The notes: generated by a model not told the origin, from the sequence alone. Shown: positions 29,177 through 39,734, numbered from the whole stretch's first letter. The stretch: DNA of 63,837 bases, filler included, from Nitrospirae bacterium CG2_30_53_67 (GCA_001873285.1; 5 parts of 5 records of this genome joined end to end with filler, not necessarily neighbours in it), one strand, 5' to 3'. Program-made: numbers and translations.

Positions 29177-30829
29177 TCAGCGGTTTCTTTTGAGGTTTGA
29201 TTCCATGGCGGTCATTTTTTGCGTCCCTGCGGCCGAGGATGTCGGTTGATTGAGGGCTTGGCTTTCTACCAGGCTTAGAAAGATCTGGGACAGGTTCGGA
29301 TCAAACTGACTTCCGGATCCCTCGCCTATCTGGGAGCATGCGCCTTTCTGAGAAAGCTTTTTTTTATAGCTCCTTCCGGAAATCATGGCATCGTACGCGT
29401 CGCAAATGGAGAGGATACGCGCGCCCCGGCAGATCTCCCGTCCTTTTCTTCCAGTGGGATACCCCTTGCCGTCAAAACGTTCATGATGCTGCAGGATGAT
29501 CTGCAGCTCCTTGTCCAGGAAGTTCAGAGGCTCAATCATCTTTGCGCTGAACAGGGGGTGGAGCTTCATGATCCTGAACTCCTTGGGGTTGTATCCCCCT
29601 TTTTTATAAAGGATCTGCGGGTCGATCCCAGCCTTGCCGATGTCATGAAGCATGCCGGCCAGCCGGATGGAGTTGATCTCCGGCTGGGGAAGATGAAGCG
29701 CCTTGGCAAGGGAGACCGCATAGCGGGTCACGTTGGGAGAATGCTGCGCCGTTCTTCGGTCTTTCTTTTCAATTTCTTCCACGATGGTTTTGCTGTATTC
29801 GATGAATTTGTCAACCATCTCCTGGGTAAAACCGATGAAACGATTCTGGTAATGCGCGATCTTTTGCTGGTACTCGTTGTTTAACAACTCATCAAAGGAC
29901 TGTTTTTCCTTCCAGTGACAGACATTGTTCTTGCCCCTGTGCTTGGCTTCGTAAAGGGCCTCATCCGCATGACGGATCAGGACCTGAGGTTCCGTCACGC
30001 TCGGGTCGGTGCTTCCGGCCACTCCGATGCTCGCGGTCACGCGTGCGGAATTTTCTCCATCCTGGAACGTCCGGCAGAAAAAGCTTTCCCGTATCCGTTC
30101 ACAAAGAGTGAGGACCCCGTCTTTTTTGATGTGCGAACAGAGCATGACGAATTCTTCCCCGCCGTACCGGGCCAGGAGATCAACATCCCTCATCTGCCTC
30201 CGCAGGATTTCAGCGCTCTTTTGCAGGACCGAATCACCGAAGATGTGGCCGTAAGTGTCGTTGATGGATTTAAAGTCATCCAGGTCCAGCATGATACAAT
30301 GGAGAGGATAGGCATAGCGAAGCGCCTGACGGAACTCCTTTTCCATGAGATATTTAAAATACCGGTGGTTATAAAGACCGGTCAGGCCGTCCTGTGCGGC
30401 CTGCTCCTTGATCCGTTCCCCTTTCTGCCGCTTTTTTTCCTCTATGCGTTTCTGGCTGATGGCATTCCTGATGGCGGAACTCAAGGTCGAGGCGGTCAAT
30501 TCTTTTTTGGAGATGTAGTCGTAGGCGCCGCGCTTCATGGCCTCCACGGCCGTCCGTTCATTCCCCTGAGAAGCGATCATGATGATGGCCGTATCAATCT
30601 TCTTTTTACGAATATCCTCCATCATGCTGAGGCCGTCAAATTTGGGAGTATGATGGCCGACCAGAACCAGGTCAACGGGATGTTCACTGAGATGGTGCAG
30701 GGCGGACTCGCCGTTCTGCACAAAGGCAAAGGAGGCGCCGCTGAGATCTTTTTTCAGGATCCCCTCGGCTGTTTTGGCGAAGCTTTTATTTTCGTCGATG
30801 CAGAGGATAGAAATTCGAGTGTTGGGCAC
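29177..30829 (-). CDS. REC-GGDEF-HD-GYP c-di-GMP signalling protein
   Basis: Receiver domain, ARYGGEEF, LHDIGK and HHERFDGKGYP motifs. Confidence 0.92.
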   Translation of the reverse strand: MPNTRISILCIDENKSFAKTAEGILKKDLSGASFAFVQNGESALHHLSEHPVDLVLVGHHTPKFDGLSMMEDIRKKKIDTAIIMIASQGNERTAVEAMKRGAYDYISKKELTASTLSSAIRNAISQKRIEEKKRQKGERIKEQAAQDGLTGLYNHRYFKYLMEKEFRQALRYAYPLHCIMLDLDDFKSINDTYGHIFGDSVLQKSAEILRRQMRDVDLLARYGGEEFVMLCSHIKKDGVLTLCERIRESFFCRTFQDGENSARVTASIGVAGSTDPSVTEPQVLIRHADEALYEAKHRGKNNVCHWKEKQSFDELLNNEYQQKIAHYQNRFIGFTQEMVDKFIEYSKTIVEEIEKKDRRTAQHSPNVTRYAVSLAKALHLPQPEINSIRLAGMLHDIGKAGIDPQILYKKGGYNPKEFRIMKLHPLFSAKMIEPLNFLDKELQIILQHHERFDGKGYPTGRKGREICRGARILSICDAYDAMISGRSYKKKLSQKGACSQIGEGSGSQFDPNLSQIFLSLVESQALNQPTSSAAGTQKMTAMESNLKRNR

Positions 30830-30995
30830 AAAATCCTCCCTATGCTTTTTCCATACCTCTTCAGAAGCGCAGGTATCATAGCAGGGAATGGATCCGTAAT
30901 CAAGTATTATGTTTGACTTGCCGCTGCCCCCGGTTCAACGTGGGTGAGGTTCCGTCCTGCAGGAAATGACACATGCGGTATGATTTTTCCTAGGC

Positions 30996-31053
30996 AAAAA
31001 AAAACTGCAGGAGATGATACGGGTGAGCCGGGCCCGTACGCTCTCCTGCAGTT
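30996..31053 (-). terminator. Intrinsic terminator downstream of the small Zn-ribbon gene
   Basis: AACTGCAGGAGA...TCTCCTGCAGTT stem with an adjacent A9 run (U-tract on the minus strand). Confidence 0.75.
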
Positions 31054-31111
31054 CAGTGGTGAAACCACTCACTTGCGGGGTACCATTGCGATACCCCTGG
31101 GGGAATGGGGG

Positions 31112-31291
31112 TTATGCAACGTTGATGCTTTCTCGCTCAATCTGTTCATCCAGCCCAAGGAAGACCACCCTGGAGCAGATGGGGCATTTATAGTAGACAT
31201 CAAAGAAGATGGCCCCGCCTTCGTCACGGTTTAAAGGAAGAAACCGGGTGTCATCTCTGAACATCTTGGAACCACATTTGCCGCAGTGCAT
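31112..31291 (-). CDS. Unannotated 59-aa Zn-ribbon protein
   Basis: MHCGKCGSKMFRDDTRFLPLNRDEGGAIFFDVYYKCPICSRVVFLGLDEQIERESINVA*. It has an AGGAGG RBS and two CxxC motifs, and falls below the ORF-track cut-off. Confidence 0.8.
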   Translation of the reverse strand: MHCGKCGSKMFRDDTRFLPLNRDEGGAIFFDVYYKCPICSRVVFLGLDEQIERESINVA

Positions 31292-31365
31292 GGGGTGACC
31301 TCCTATTCTACGAATCCAGATCCACGGTTTTTGTCAAGAGCTAAATGCAATCTATAGGGTGATAT

Positions 31366-31381
31366 AGCAAATCATGTGCCA
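31366..31381 (-). promoter_or_regulatory. Sigma54 (-24/-12) promoter
   Basis: TGGCACATGATTTGCT, an exact GG-N10-GC match. Confidence 0.75.
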
Positions 31382-31772
31382 GTTCTTGTCTTGAAACACT
31401 TCCACGAAGGCAGGGAGGAGGGAAGATCGCTTCCAATCTACAATATATTGAATAATCATCACTGGTTAGCACCGCCTGTATGGATTGAACCATGAAATTT
31501 ATTTTATTTTTTTTTACCGGCCTGATGGTGAAAAGCCGGCAAGAGACCTTAAAAAGGCCTGAAAAGTCGGTCTATATAGATCAGTCTGGACTAAAATGGC
31601 CGTTAAGTTTTTGTCAATGACAAAATTTTGAGCCGATCTTATGACAGGGTTCCGGCCCCTGATCTCTATATTGTAAAGAACGGAACAGGTCGTGTATAAT
31701 AAGACATATCTCGATAACATTTTTTTCATTTGAAAGGTCGCCTTCAAACGACCCGTAAAGCGGTGAGGTGAT

Positions 31773-33218
31773 ATGCCTGACGTGATCATCATTGGAGCCG
31801 GGCCTGCAGGGATTTTTGCCGCAATGACCTTGTTGGACCAGGGGATCAGTGATCTCCTTCTTCTGGAACGTGGGAGTGACCTTTCAAAGAGGCGCTGCCC
31901 TGCCAGGGAAAACAATGGACATTGCCTGCATTGCAGCCCCTGTTCCATCCTGACGGGGTGGGGCGGCGCCGGAGCGTTCAGCGACGGGAAGCTGACGCTC
32001 ACGACTGAGGTGGGCGGGTTCCTCGGTGAACTGGTTCCCAGGTCTGAACTTGAAGAACTGATCCGAACGGCCGACAAGCGGTTCGTCGATTACGGGGCTC
32101 CAGCGAAAATTTACGGCGGGTCGAGCCGGGAGACCCGGAGGATCAAGGCGCTGGCCAAAAAGGCGGAGATGACGTTTGTCGAGATGGAGGTGCGGCACCT
32201 GGGGACTGAAAATTGCTATCTGGTCCTGAAACGGATCCGCAGCGACCTGAATGGGCGCCTTGAGATCAGGACCCAAACCCAGGTGAAAAGCATCCGGGTA
32301 CAAGACGGCATGGTGAAAGGTGTGGAAACCGAAGAGGGGGAATTCATTCCCGCAAAATTTGTGGTCTCCGCACCCGGCCGGGTCGGGTCCGACTGGATGC
32401 GGGGGGAGTCCAGGCGGCTGGGCCTTGCGGCCATTCCGAGTCCTGTGGACATCGGCCTCCGTGTGGAGCTCCCCGCCGCGGTTCTGGAGGAACTCACGTC
32501 CGCAACCTATGAATCCAAGCTGATTTACTATTCAAAGACCTTCGATGACAAGGTCCGGACCTTCTGCATGAATCCGTATGGAAAGGTGGTTACCGAATAT
32601 ACGGGCGACATCATGACCGTGAACGGCCACTCCTATGCTGAAAAAAAAACCGAGAACACCAATTTCGCCCTGCTGGTCTCCACCATATTCACCGAACCCT
32701 TCGATGATCCCATTGCCTACGGCCGGTATATCAGCCGGCTTGCCAATCTCCTGGGAAAAGGGGTGATCGTCCAGAGGCTGGGAGACCTGCTCAACGGCCG
32801 CCGCTCCACACCCGAGCGCATTGCCCACTCTTCGGTGCGCCCCACCCTCGAAAGCGCCACGCCCGGAGATCTCAGTTTCGTCCTGCCTTACCGGTATATC
32901 AAGGATATCACGGAGATGCTTGAGGCCATGGATCAGATCGCCCCGGGGGTGAACTCACGCCACACGCTCCTCTACGGCGTGGAGGTCAAGTTCTATTCTC
33001 ACCGCATCGAGGTGGACCGGAACATGGAGACGAAGATCAGGAACCTCTTCGTGGTGGGGGACGGCGCCGGCATTACGCGGGGGCTGATCCAGGCTTCGGC
33101 CAGCGGGATTCTTGCCGGGCAGGCCATCTCAAGAAAAACCTCCAAAAAGACCCGCAAGTCTCCAGCCAAAAAAGACAAGGGCGGCAGGCATGTTATTCCC
33201 CGCCTCCTGATCAAGTAA
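31773..33218 (+). CDS. Uncharacterised FAD-dependent oxidoreductase (COG2509-like)
   Basis: GAGPAG, GWGGAGAFSDGKL, VRTFCMNP, VNGHS and GDGAGITRG motifs. Confidence 0.85.
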   Translation: MPDVIIIGAGPAGIFAAMTLLDQGISDLLLLERGSDLSKRRCPARENNGHCLHCSPCSILTGWGGAGAFSDGKLTLTTEVGGFLGELVPRSELEELIRTADKRFVDYGAPAKIYGGSSRETRRIKALAKKAEMTFVEMEVRHLGTENCYLVLKRIRSDLNGRLEIRTQTQVKSIRVQDGMVKGVETEEGEFIPAKFVVSAPGRVGSDWMRGESRRLGLAAIPSPVDIGLRVELPAAVLEELTSATYESKLIYYSKTFDDKVRTFCMNPYGKVVTEYTGDIMTVNGHSYAEKKTENTNFALLVSTIFTEPFDDPIAYGRYISRLANLLGKGVIVQRLGDLLNGRRSTPERIAHSSVRPTLESATPGDLSFVLPYRYIKDITEMLEAMDQIAPGVNSRHTLLYGVEVKFYSHRIEVDRNMETKIRNLFVVGDGAGITRGLIQASASGILAGQAISRKTSKKTRKSPAKKDKGGRHVIPRLLIK

Positions 33219-33243
33219 GACGGCCTACTTGACGGCTACGGGA

Positions 33244-34218
33244 CTATCCGCCCGGCCGGTCTTCAGGCGAGGCCGGTTTCCTCTCGATATAGGCCTTGCC
33301 CTTCAATTCATTGAGCCAGGCCTCATAGCGTTGTTTGAGCTTTTCCTGATACAATTCATCACGGATCTTCTCTTTGACCTCTTCAAAGGGGGTGTGTGAG
33401 GCGGCATGGACATCCTCAACCTTCAGCAGGACGAACCCTTCCTTGATCCGGATCACGGGGCTCACATCGCCCGGTTTCATCTCGGCGACCGCCGGGCTCA
33501 TTTCGCTCCTGAGATCATCCTGGGAAAGATACCCTAAGTCTCCACCCTCTTTTGCCTCTCGGCCGTCTGAGTACTCTACCGCGAGATCCCGGAAGGGTTC
33601 TCCGCTCAGGGCGCGCTGCCGCAGCTCATCAGCCAGCCGGTTCCTGGCCTGAATCTCTTCCTCTTCGGCCTTTTCAGGCACGGAGAGAAATATACTGAGG
33701 AGATGTTTCTTTTCGCCCATGGAATACCTCTCCATATGCTCCTGGTAGCCTTTCTCGAGATCCTCGGGCATGATCAAGATCTTGGATCGCACCTCCTGGT
33801 TTACAAGCGAGGAGAGGATCATCTGTTCCTGGATCTCTTTTTTGTATTCGGCCCATGAGAATCCTTCCGATTTCAGTTTCTCCTTGAGGGCCTCCTCGGT
33901 GATCTTGTTCCTGACAAGGATCTGCTGAATGGCCGCCTGGAGTTCTTCATCCGAGACCTTGATGTTGAGTTCCTCGGCCTTATGCAGCTTGATCTTCTTG
34001 TCGATCAGGTTGTCAAGGAGGTCGTCCATGTTGACCACGGGTCTTTCCCGGCCCGGCTGTTCGGGCGTGCTTTTCAGGACCGAGAGCTCGAGGCTCTTCA
34101 ATTCACTCTGGGTGATGACCTCATCGTTGACTACAGCCACGATCCGATCAAGCACCACGGCATGGGCCGGAGCCAAGCAGACAAAGAAGATAACGATGAA
34201 AACAAAAGTGCGCATCAT
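33244..34218 (-). CDS. SurA-family peptidyl-prolyl isomerase/chaperone
   Basis: Signal peptide, DRIVAVVNDEVIT and parvulin GGDLGY motifs. Confidence 0.88.
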   Translation of the reverse strand: MMRTFVFIVIFFVCLAPAHAVVLDRIVAVVNDEVITQSELKSLELSVLKSTPEQPGRERPVVNMDDLLDNLIDKKIKLHKAEELNIKVSDEELQAAIQQILVRNKITEEALKEKLKSEGFSWAEYKKEIQEQMILSSLVNQEVRSKILIMPEDLEKGYQEHMERYSMGEKKHLLSIFLSVPEKAEEEEIQARNRLADELRQRALSGEPFRDLAVEYSDGREAKEGGDLGYLSQDDLRSEMSPAVAEMKPGDVSPVIRIKEGFVLLKVEDVHAASHTPFEEVKEKIRDELYQEKLKQRYEAWLNELKGKAYIERKPASPEDRPGG

Positions 34219-34223
34219 GATGG

Positions 34224-35195
34224 TTACCTCTTTTCATTGAGCAGGGTGATCTCCGCACGGTTCCAGAGGTCCTTCTGGTAGACCATGAAGGCCTGCTCGC
34301 GTTTTTCAGAGAAAAGTTTGCTGTAGATGATCTTTCTGACTTCTTTGAACAGGGTCTTCCCCGCCGGTAGGCGTTCCTCTACTCGGAAGATATGATATCC
34401 GTAAGGTGTTTTGACAACCGGGCTGATCTCCCCGACCTGCAGCGTGAAACAGACCTTGTCAAAATCCGGAGGCATCTGCCCTCGGGAGAAGATACCAATA
34501 TCCCCTCCGAGATCCGCATCCGGGCTGAGCGAGACCTCATGGGCCACCAGGCCGAAGTCCTCCCCGCCATGGACCAGGCGCTCTCGAGCCTTCTCGGCAT
34601 CCTTCTGGTTGGGAAGCACGATTTGGCGTACCCTCACGCGTTCAGGCAGAGTAAATTCATCCGGGTGATTCTGATAATAAGCGGCCAGTTCCTCCTCCGT
34701 GATCCGGATCTTGGGATCGATGACCTGATGGATCAGTGTTTCGATCCTGCGGTCATCCTTGATCCGGTTCATCCATTCCTGATAGGTCATCCCCGCCTCT
34801 TGAAGGATCTTTTCAAGGTCCTCTTTCGAGATATCCCCTTTCTGCTCCGTGACCACCTGCTGGATCTGCTCCGGGGTCAAATCAATGCCGTTTTTCTCGG
34901 CTTCCCGGATCAGGAGGCGTTTCCGGATCATCTGGCGAAGGATCTCTGCTGAAAACTTCCTGGCGTCCTCAGGTGAAGGGTGTGCGGAGAAGTCCTTATT
35001 CACTTGAAACATCTCTCTTTCCAGGTCCTTCTTGAGAATAGATTCCCCATTGACTCTGGCCGCGGCCTGCTCGGGAACGCCGGCCTTTTTCTCCGAGCAC
35101 CCGGAGCTGAGGGCGAGCAGGCCGCCAAGGAAAAGGGCAACCCCGGCCATGATAAAAAAAGCAGAGCGCTTTTGATGAAAGATCTTCCAAAACAT
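34224..35195 (-). CDS. PrsA/SurA-like parvulin lipoprotein
   Basis: Lipobox SSGC, ARVNGE and GGDIG...SPVVKTPYGYHIF; start uncertain (35195 or 35150). Confidence 0.85.
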   Translation of the reverse strand: MFWKIFHQKRSAFFIMAGVALFLGGLLALSSGCSEKKAGVPEQAAARVNGESILKKDLEREMFQVNKDFSAHPSPEDARKFSAEILRQMIRKRLLIREAEKNGIDLTPEQIQQVVTEQKGDISKEDLEKILQEAGMTYQEWMNRIKDDRRIETLIHQVIDPKIRITEEELAAYYQNHPDEFTLPERVRVRQIVLPNQKDAEKARERLVHGGEDFGLVAHEVSLSPDADLGGDIGIFSRGQMPPDFDKVCFTLQVGEISPVVKTPYGYHIFRVEERLPAGKTLFKEVRKIIYSKLFSEKREQAFMVYQKDLWNRAEITLLNEKR

Positions 35196-35215
35196 ACTAT
35201 ACAGAGCTATCATAA

Positions 35216-38200
35216 TCAGATGAGTTCCTGCAAGAGGTTTTTGGTCATGGACCACGACTCCTCGAAGTTCCCGTCCGGCTTGACCAGTTCCAACTGGAAT
35301 TCAGAGACCGGACGGATCCGGTTCGAGGAAGCACGAATCAGCCGCAAGACCCTTTCCTGAGGAACCGGGGTCTCCTTGTCAAAGGTGAACAGGATCCTTT
35401 TGTCTTGCTCCAGGATTTCGCTGATGTGAAGGCGGCGCGCCAGAATTCTCAATTCAATGATCCGGAAGAGATTCTCAAGCTCCTGGGGATGGGGGCCGAA
35501 CCGGTCCCGGGTTTCATCCATGATCCTGGCCAGGTCGGCAGGGTCATCCAGCCGGGCCACTCTCTGATAAAGGTCGATCCGGAGTCGGTTTTCCCGGAGA
35601 TAACTCTTGGGGATTCTTGCAGAGACCTGCATGTGGATGGACGGCTCGACCGGTTGGACCTTTTTTTCTCCTTTCAATTCAGAGGCGACCTCGTCGACCA
35701 GCTGCATATAAAGATCGAAACCGATTGAGGCAATAAATCCGGACTGCTGGGAGCCGAGGAGGTTGCCTGAGCCCCGGATCTCAAGATCTCGTGCGGCGAG
35801 CTGAAAGCCCGAGCCGAGTTCAGTGAGTTCCTGAATGACCTGCAGGCGCTGCCGTGCCTCTTCACTCATGGATTTTTCTGAACGGGTCAGGAGGTAGGCA
35901 TAGGCCCGGTGATCCATTCTGCCGATTCTTCCCCGGAGCTGGTAGAGCTGGCCGAGGCCGAACTCCTCAGGACGGTGGATGATCATGGTATTGGCATTGG
36001 GAATGTCCAGTCCGGATTGGATGATGCTGGTGGTGACCAGGAGATCGATTTTTTTATCCAGAAATCGGTCCATGACATCTTTGAGCCGATTTTCTTCCAT
36101 CTGTCCATGGGCTACATCAATCCTGACTTCCGGGACAATCCTGTGGATGTAGTCGGCCATCCGATGGATGTCGCTGACCCGGTTGTGAACAAAAAAAACC
36201 TGCCCTCCCCTGTTCAACTCTCGAAGGACAGCCTCCCGGATGATTTCATCAGAGAATCGGGCCACCTTGGTGTAGATGGAGAGGCGGTTCTCCGGCGGGG
36301 TATTGATGATGCTGATGTCACGGATTCCCAAAAAAGCCATCTCCAGGGTCCTCGGTATGGGCGTGGCGGTCAGGGTCAATACATCCACTTCCTTGCGGAG
36401 CTGTTTGAGCTTTTCCTTGTGGCGGACGCCGAAATGCTGTTCCTCGTCGATCACCAGGAGTCCCAAGTCCTTGAACACGAGGTCCTTAGATAGGAGGCGG
36501 TGCGTGCCGATCAGGATATCCACCTGTCCAAGACGGAGCTTTTCGAGGATCTCTTTTTGTTCCCTTCTCGGCTTGAACCGGCTCAGCATCTCCACTTTCA
36601 CAGGAAAAGGACTGAACCTCTGTGTAAAAGAGTCGTAATGCTGCTGTGCCAGAAGGGTGGTTGGGACCAGGATGGCCGTCTGCTTGCCGTCGAGAACGGC
36701 CTTGAAGGCGGCCCGGATGGCCACTTCGGTTTTTCCGAACCCCACGTCGCCGCAGACCAGCCGGTCCATGGGTGTGGGTTTCTGCATGTCTTCCAGAACC
36801 TCCTCGATGGCCCGCTGCTGGTCCGGGGTCTCTTCGTATTCGAAGGTCTCCTCTAATTCATGGAAGAGATGGTCCGGCGGCGAAAATGCGGTTCCTTGGG
36901 CGACTTTCCGCTGCACATAGAGTTCAAGAAGTTCACGGGACATATCTTCGATGGATTTTTTTACTTTTTGTTTGAGCTTCTCCCATCCGGTTCCGCCAAG
37001 GCGGTCCACCCGAACCGAGTGTCCTTCGCTTCCGGAATATTTCTGGAGAAGGCGGATCTTCTCCGGCGGCACATAGAGGAGATCCCCCCCTGCATATTCA
37101 ATCAGAATCAGGTCGCAATCCATCCCGTCTAAACCGACCTCTCTTAACCCGCGGTACCGTCCGATGCCGTGATCCAGATGAACCACAAAATCCCCTTCCT
37201 TGAGTTCGGAGAGGCTGCTCAGGAAAGGCCCTTCCCGGAGGGGTTTGGATGACCTGCGGACCCTCTTGATTCCGAAAATTTCATCCTCGGTGATGCAGGC
37301 AAGATCGAAGATCGGAAAACCAAACCCTGCCGATAGAGGGCCGACGACGATTCCCACAATCCCTTTTTCATTCGGTAGATCGGAAAATAGGTCGCAGCGG
37401 GCGGAGGGGATCTTCTCCTCTTTTGAAAGAAGCTCCATCATGCGATTGGCCTGTCCCGGAGTGCGTACGGATATGCAGATTCTTGCCTGATTCTTCATTC
37501 CTCTGACCACTTCGCAGAGGGAGGCGATACGGCTCTTTCCAGGAACGGCAAGACTTCCAATGGATTCGGTCTGAATGCGGGCCTCTTCTTCTCCTTCCTG
37601 TGGAATCAAGGCGAAGCTCAGGGATCTTCGGTCCTTAATCCTTGCGGTCAGTTCACCGCTTCCCATGTAGAGATCCGGGATCCCGCAAGGCATTCGATCC
37701 TGGTACGAAGCCAGGGCATAGCGTTCCTCGATCTCTCTCCCGAAGGATACAGCCTGATTTTGAATCTCTTCAGCCTGGTCCAGGACCACGATCGTCTGAT
37801 CAGGCATATAATCGAAGATGGTCTCCATGTCAGGACAAAAAAGGGGCGCATAGAACTCCACGCCATCCGGCGCCTCCTCCGGGTCCGGAAGCGCCGAGAG
37901 GGAGTGCAAAGCGCCGCCGGTCCGTTTTCTAAAATGGTCCATGGCCGGCGGGTCCAACAGGATCTCTCGGGAGAGGATGGTCCGGATGCTTCCGACCTGA
38001 TGAGAAGAGCGCTGGTCTTCCGGAGAGAAGATCCGGATCGATTCAACCTCGTCGCCGAAGAATTCCATGCGGAAAGGATAGGGCTGGTTAGGCGGGAAAA
38101 TGTCCAGGATACCCCCCCTGCGGCTGAATGTACCCGGTCGATCAACCAGTTCCTCCCTCCGGTATCCAAGACGGCGGATCTGATCCATGAATGAATCCGG

Positions 38201-38662
38201 ATCGAGGACGTCGCCTACATGAATCTCCAAAGCCCCCCGTTTCAACACGACCCTGGACAGGATGCGCTGAAGCGCCGCCCGGACGGTCGTGACGACCATG
38301 AGGCGATCACCGTGGACAAGGCGGTAAAGGATGCTTAACCGTTCTTTTACGATCTCAGGGTGAGGGCTCTTGTCATCGTAAGGAAGGACTTCCCATTGGG
38401 GAAAGAGGCGCGGCTCCGGAATGTCTTTTTGTCTCCCCTTTGCCTCCTGAGAAAAAAAAATAAAGTCATTGAAAATCTTCTCAGCCTCGGATGGAGTAGA
38501 GGTCATGATGAGGAGAGGATGGGGTGCGGTTTTCAGTAAGTGTGAAAGGACCAGCATCCTGGATGCGCCTTGCAGCCCTGTGAAACAGATGGGTTTCCCC
38601 TCTCCTTGAATCAGGGCTTCCCATAGGCGTTCCAAATCCTGGAGCGTGTTGATTTCTACCAT
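35216..38662 (-). CDS. mfd: Transcription-repair coupling factor
   Basis: VHLDHGIGRY, CGDVGFGKTEVA, IDEEQHFG, TATPIPRTL and a TRCF C-terminal domain. Confidence 0.97.
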   Translation of the reverse strand: MVEINTLQDLERLWEALIQGEGKPICFTGLQGASRMLVLSHLLKTAPHPLLIMTSTPSEAEKIFNDFIFFSQEAKGRQKDIPEPRLFPQWEVLPYDDKSPHPEIVKERLSILYRLVHGDRLMVVTTVRAALQRILSRVVLKRGALEIHVGDVLDPDSFMDQIRRLGYRREELVDRPGTFSRRGGILDIFPPNQPYPFRMEFFGDEVESIRIFSPEDQRSSHQVGSIRTILSREILLDPPAMDHFRKRTGGALHSLSALPDPEEAPDGVEFYAPLFCPDMETIFDYMPDQTIVVLDQAEEIQNQAVSFGREIEERYALASYQDRMPCGIPDLYMGSGELTARIKDRRSLSFALIPQEGEEEARIQTESIGSLAVPGKSRIASLCEVVRGMKNQARICISVRTPGQANRMMELLSKEEKIPSARCDLFSDLPNEKGIVGIVVGPLSAGFGFPIFDLACITEDEIFGIKRVRRSSKPLREGPFLSSLSELKEGDFVVHLDHGIGRYRGLREVGLDGMDCDLILIEYAGGDLLYVPPEKIRLLQKYSGSEGHSVRVDRLGGTGWEKLKQKVKKSIEDMSRELLELYVQRKVAQGTAFSPPDHLFHELEETFEYEETPDQQRAIEEVLEDMQKPTPMDRLVCGDVGFGKTEVAIRAAFKAVLDGKQTAILVPTTLLAQQHYDSFTQRFSPFPVKVEMLSRFKPRREQKEILEKLRLGQVDILIGTHRLLSKDLVFKDLGLLVIDEEQHFGVRHKEKLKQLRKEVDVLTLTATPIPRTLEMAFLGIRDISIINTPPENRLSIYTKVARFSDEIIREAVLRELNRGGQVFFVHNRVSDIHRMADYIHRIVPEVRIDVAHGQMEENRLKDVMDRFLDKKIDLLVTTSIIQSGLDIPNANTMIIHRPEEFGLGQLYQLRGRIGRMDHRAYAYLLTRSEKSMSEEARQRLQVIQELTELGSGFQLAARDLEIRGSGNLLGSQQSGFIASIGFDLYMQLVDEVASELKGEKKVQPVEPSIHMQVSARIPKSYLRENRLRIDLYQRVARLDDPADLARIMDETRDRFGPHPQELENLFRIIELRILARRLHISEILEQDKRILFTFDKETPVPQERVLRLIRASSNRIRPVSEFQLELVKPDGNFEESWSMTKNLLQELI

Positions 38663-38698
38663 ACGGAAAAAATCTCAAGGGTTTAAATCAAAAATTAT

Positions 38699-39005
38699 AT
38701 ACCATCTCCAAAAGAGTGTGCGTAAAACATCAGGGTTCAAGGGGTCAAGGATTCCAGGGGTCAAGTGAAATGCTAAAAACATAAGGGGCCGAGTGTCCTA
38801 TGGTTACGCTTCGCGTGTCCCGTTTTGCTCTATACTTGTCGTCTGCGACGGCTACTACACTAAGGCATCCTGGGGTCAAGGGCCCCAGTGTTTTTTTCTA
38901 GAGATTTTGCTTGCGTTTCAGTATTTCACTTGAATCCTTGACCCCTTGGCCCCTCGACCCCTTGGGTCCTCGAAACTTTTTTACCCACTAGATGGGAGAA
39001 GAACT
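38699..39005 (+). mobile_element. Heptamer-repeat MITE family copy with a nested insert
   Basis: CATCTCCAAAAGAGTG...GATGGGAGAAGAACT, flanked by AAAATTAT on both sides (38691-38698 and 39006-39013). Confidence 0.8.
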
Positions 39006-39160
39006 AAAATTATATCCCATCTCATCGTCATTCAACAAGAAGGAAAACGATCAAATTCAAGATGGAAAGAACCAGAGGAGAAAAATGCCTGAACCTGATG
39101 CTGTATGCTGTGAATGAGAGCGGGAGAAGATAGCGTGTTATAAAGAAACCGATATGCGGA

Positions 39161-39706
39161 TCAGATCTCTTCAAGGAGGAGCTGTTTGGTCCGGTAAAGG
39201 GTCGTTTTGATGGAACCCGTGGACTTTCGCGTCTCTTTTGCGATCTCTTTGATGCTCAGACCGTCGAAATGTTTTTTTAAGAAGATCTCCCGGCTTTCAG
39301 AGTCGATTTTTGCAAGCTTTTTATTGCACGCCAGGAGAAATTCCTGGTATTCGATTTTTGAAAGGGGGGTATCGTTTTCCATATAAAAGTTTTCAAAATG
39401 GCTTTCTTCTGTCTCCTGAACGGCTTGGATTTTACGCCTCTTGCTTCGGAACCAGTTATGGACCGTATTTTTTGTAATACCGTAAATCCAGCAGAGAAGC
39501 GAAGACTTGCCTTCAAAATGCCCAAGGGATTCGATGATTGAGATAAAAACTTCCTGGGTGAGGTCTTCGCTGACCTCATGGTCTCGAACCTTCAGGAAAA
39601 TCGTGTTGTAAACCTTATGGAAATAGGTATTGTATAAGGAATCGAAGGCTTCCCGGTTCCCGGATAGGATATTCTGAATTAATGCTCGCTCGTTATGACT
39701 CAACAT
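39161..39706 (-). CDS. ECF RNA polymerase sigma factor
   Basis: EDLTQEVF..., F.GKSSL..WIYGI (region 2) and GLSIKEIA...GSIKT (region 4). Confidence 0.9.
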   Translation of the reverse strand: MLSHNERALIQNILSGNREAFDSLYNTYFHKVYNTIFLKVRDHEVSEDLTQEVFISIIESLGHFEGKSSLLCWIYGITKNTVHNWFRSKRRKIQAVQETEESHFENFYMENDTPLSKIEYQEFLLACNKKLAKIDSESREIFLKKHFDGLSIKEIAKETRKSTGSIKTTLYRTKQLLLEEI

Positions 39707-39718
39707 AAAGATCTATAA

Positions 39719-39734
39719 AGCAATTAATATGCCA
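39719..39734 (-). promoter_or_regulatory. Sigma54 promoter for the ECF sigma gene
   Basis: TGGCATATTAATTGCT, GG-N10-GC, ending 13 nt before the ATG. Confidence 0.7.
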
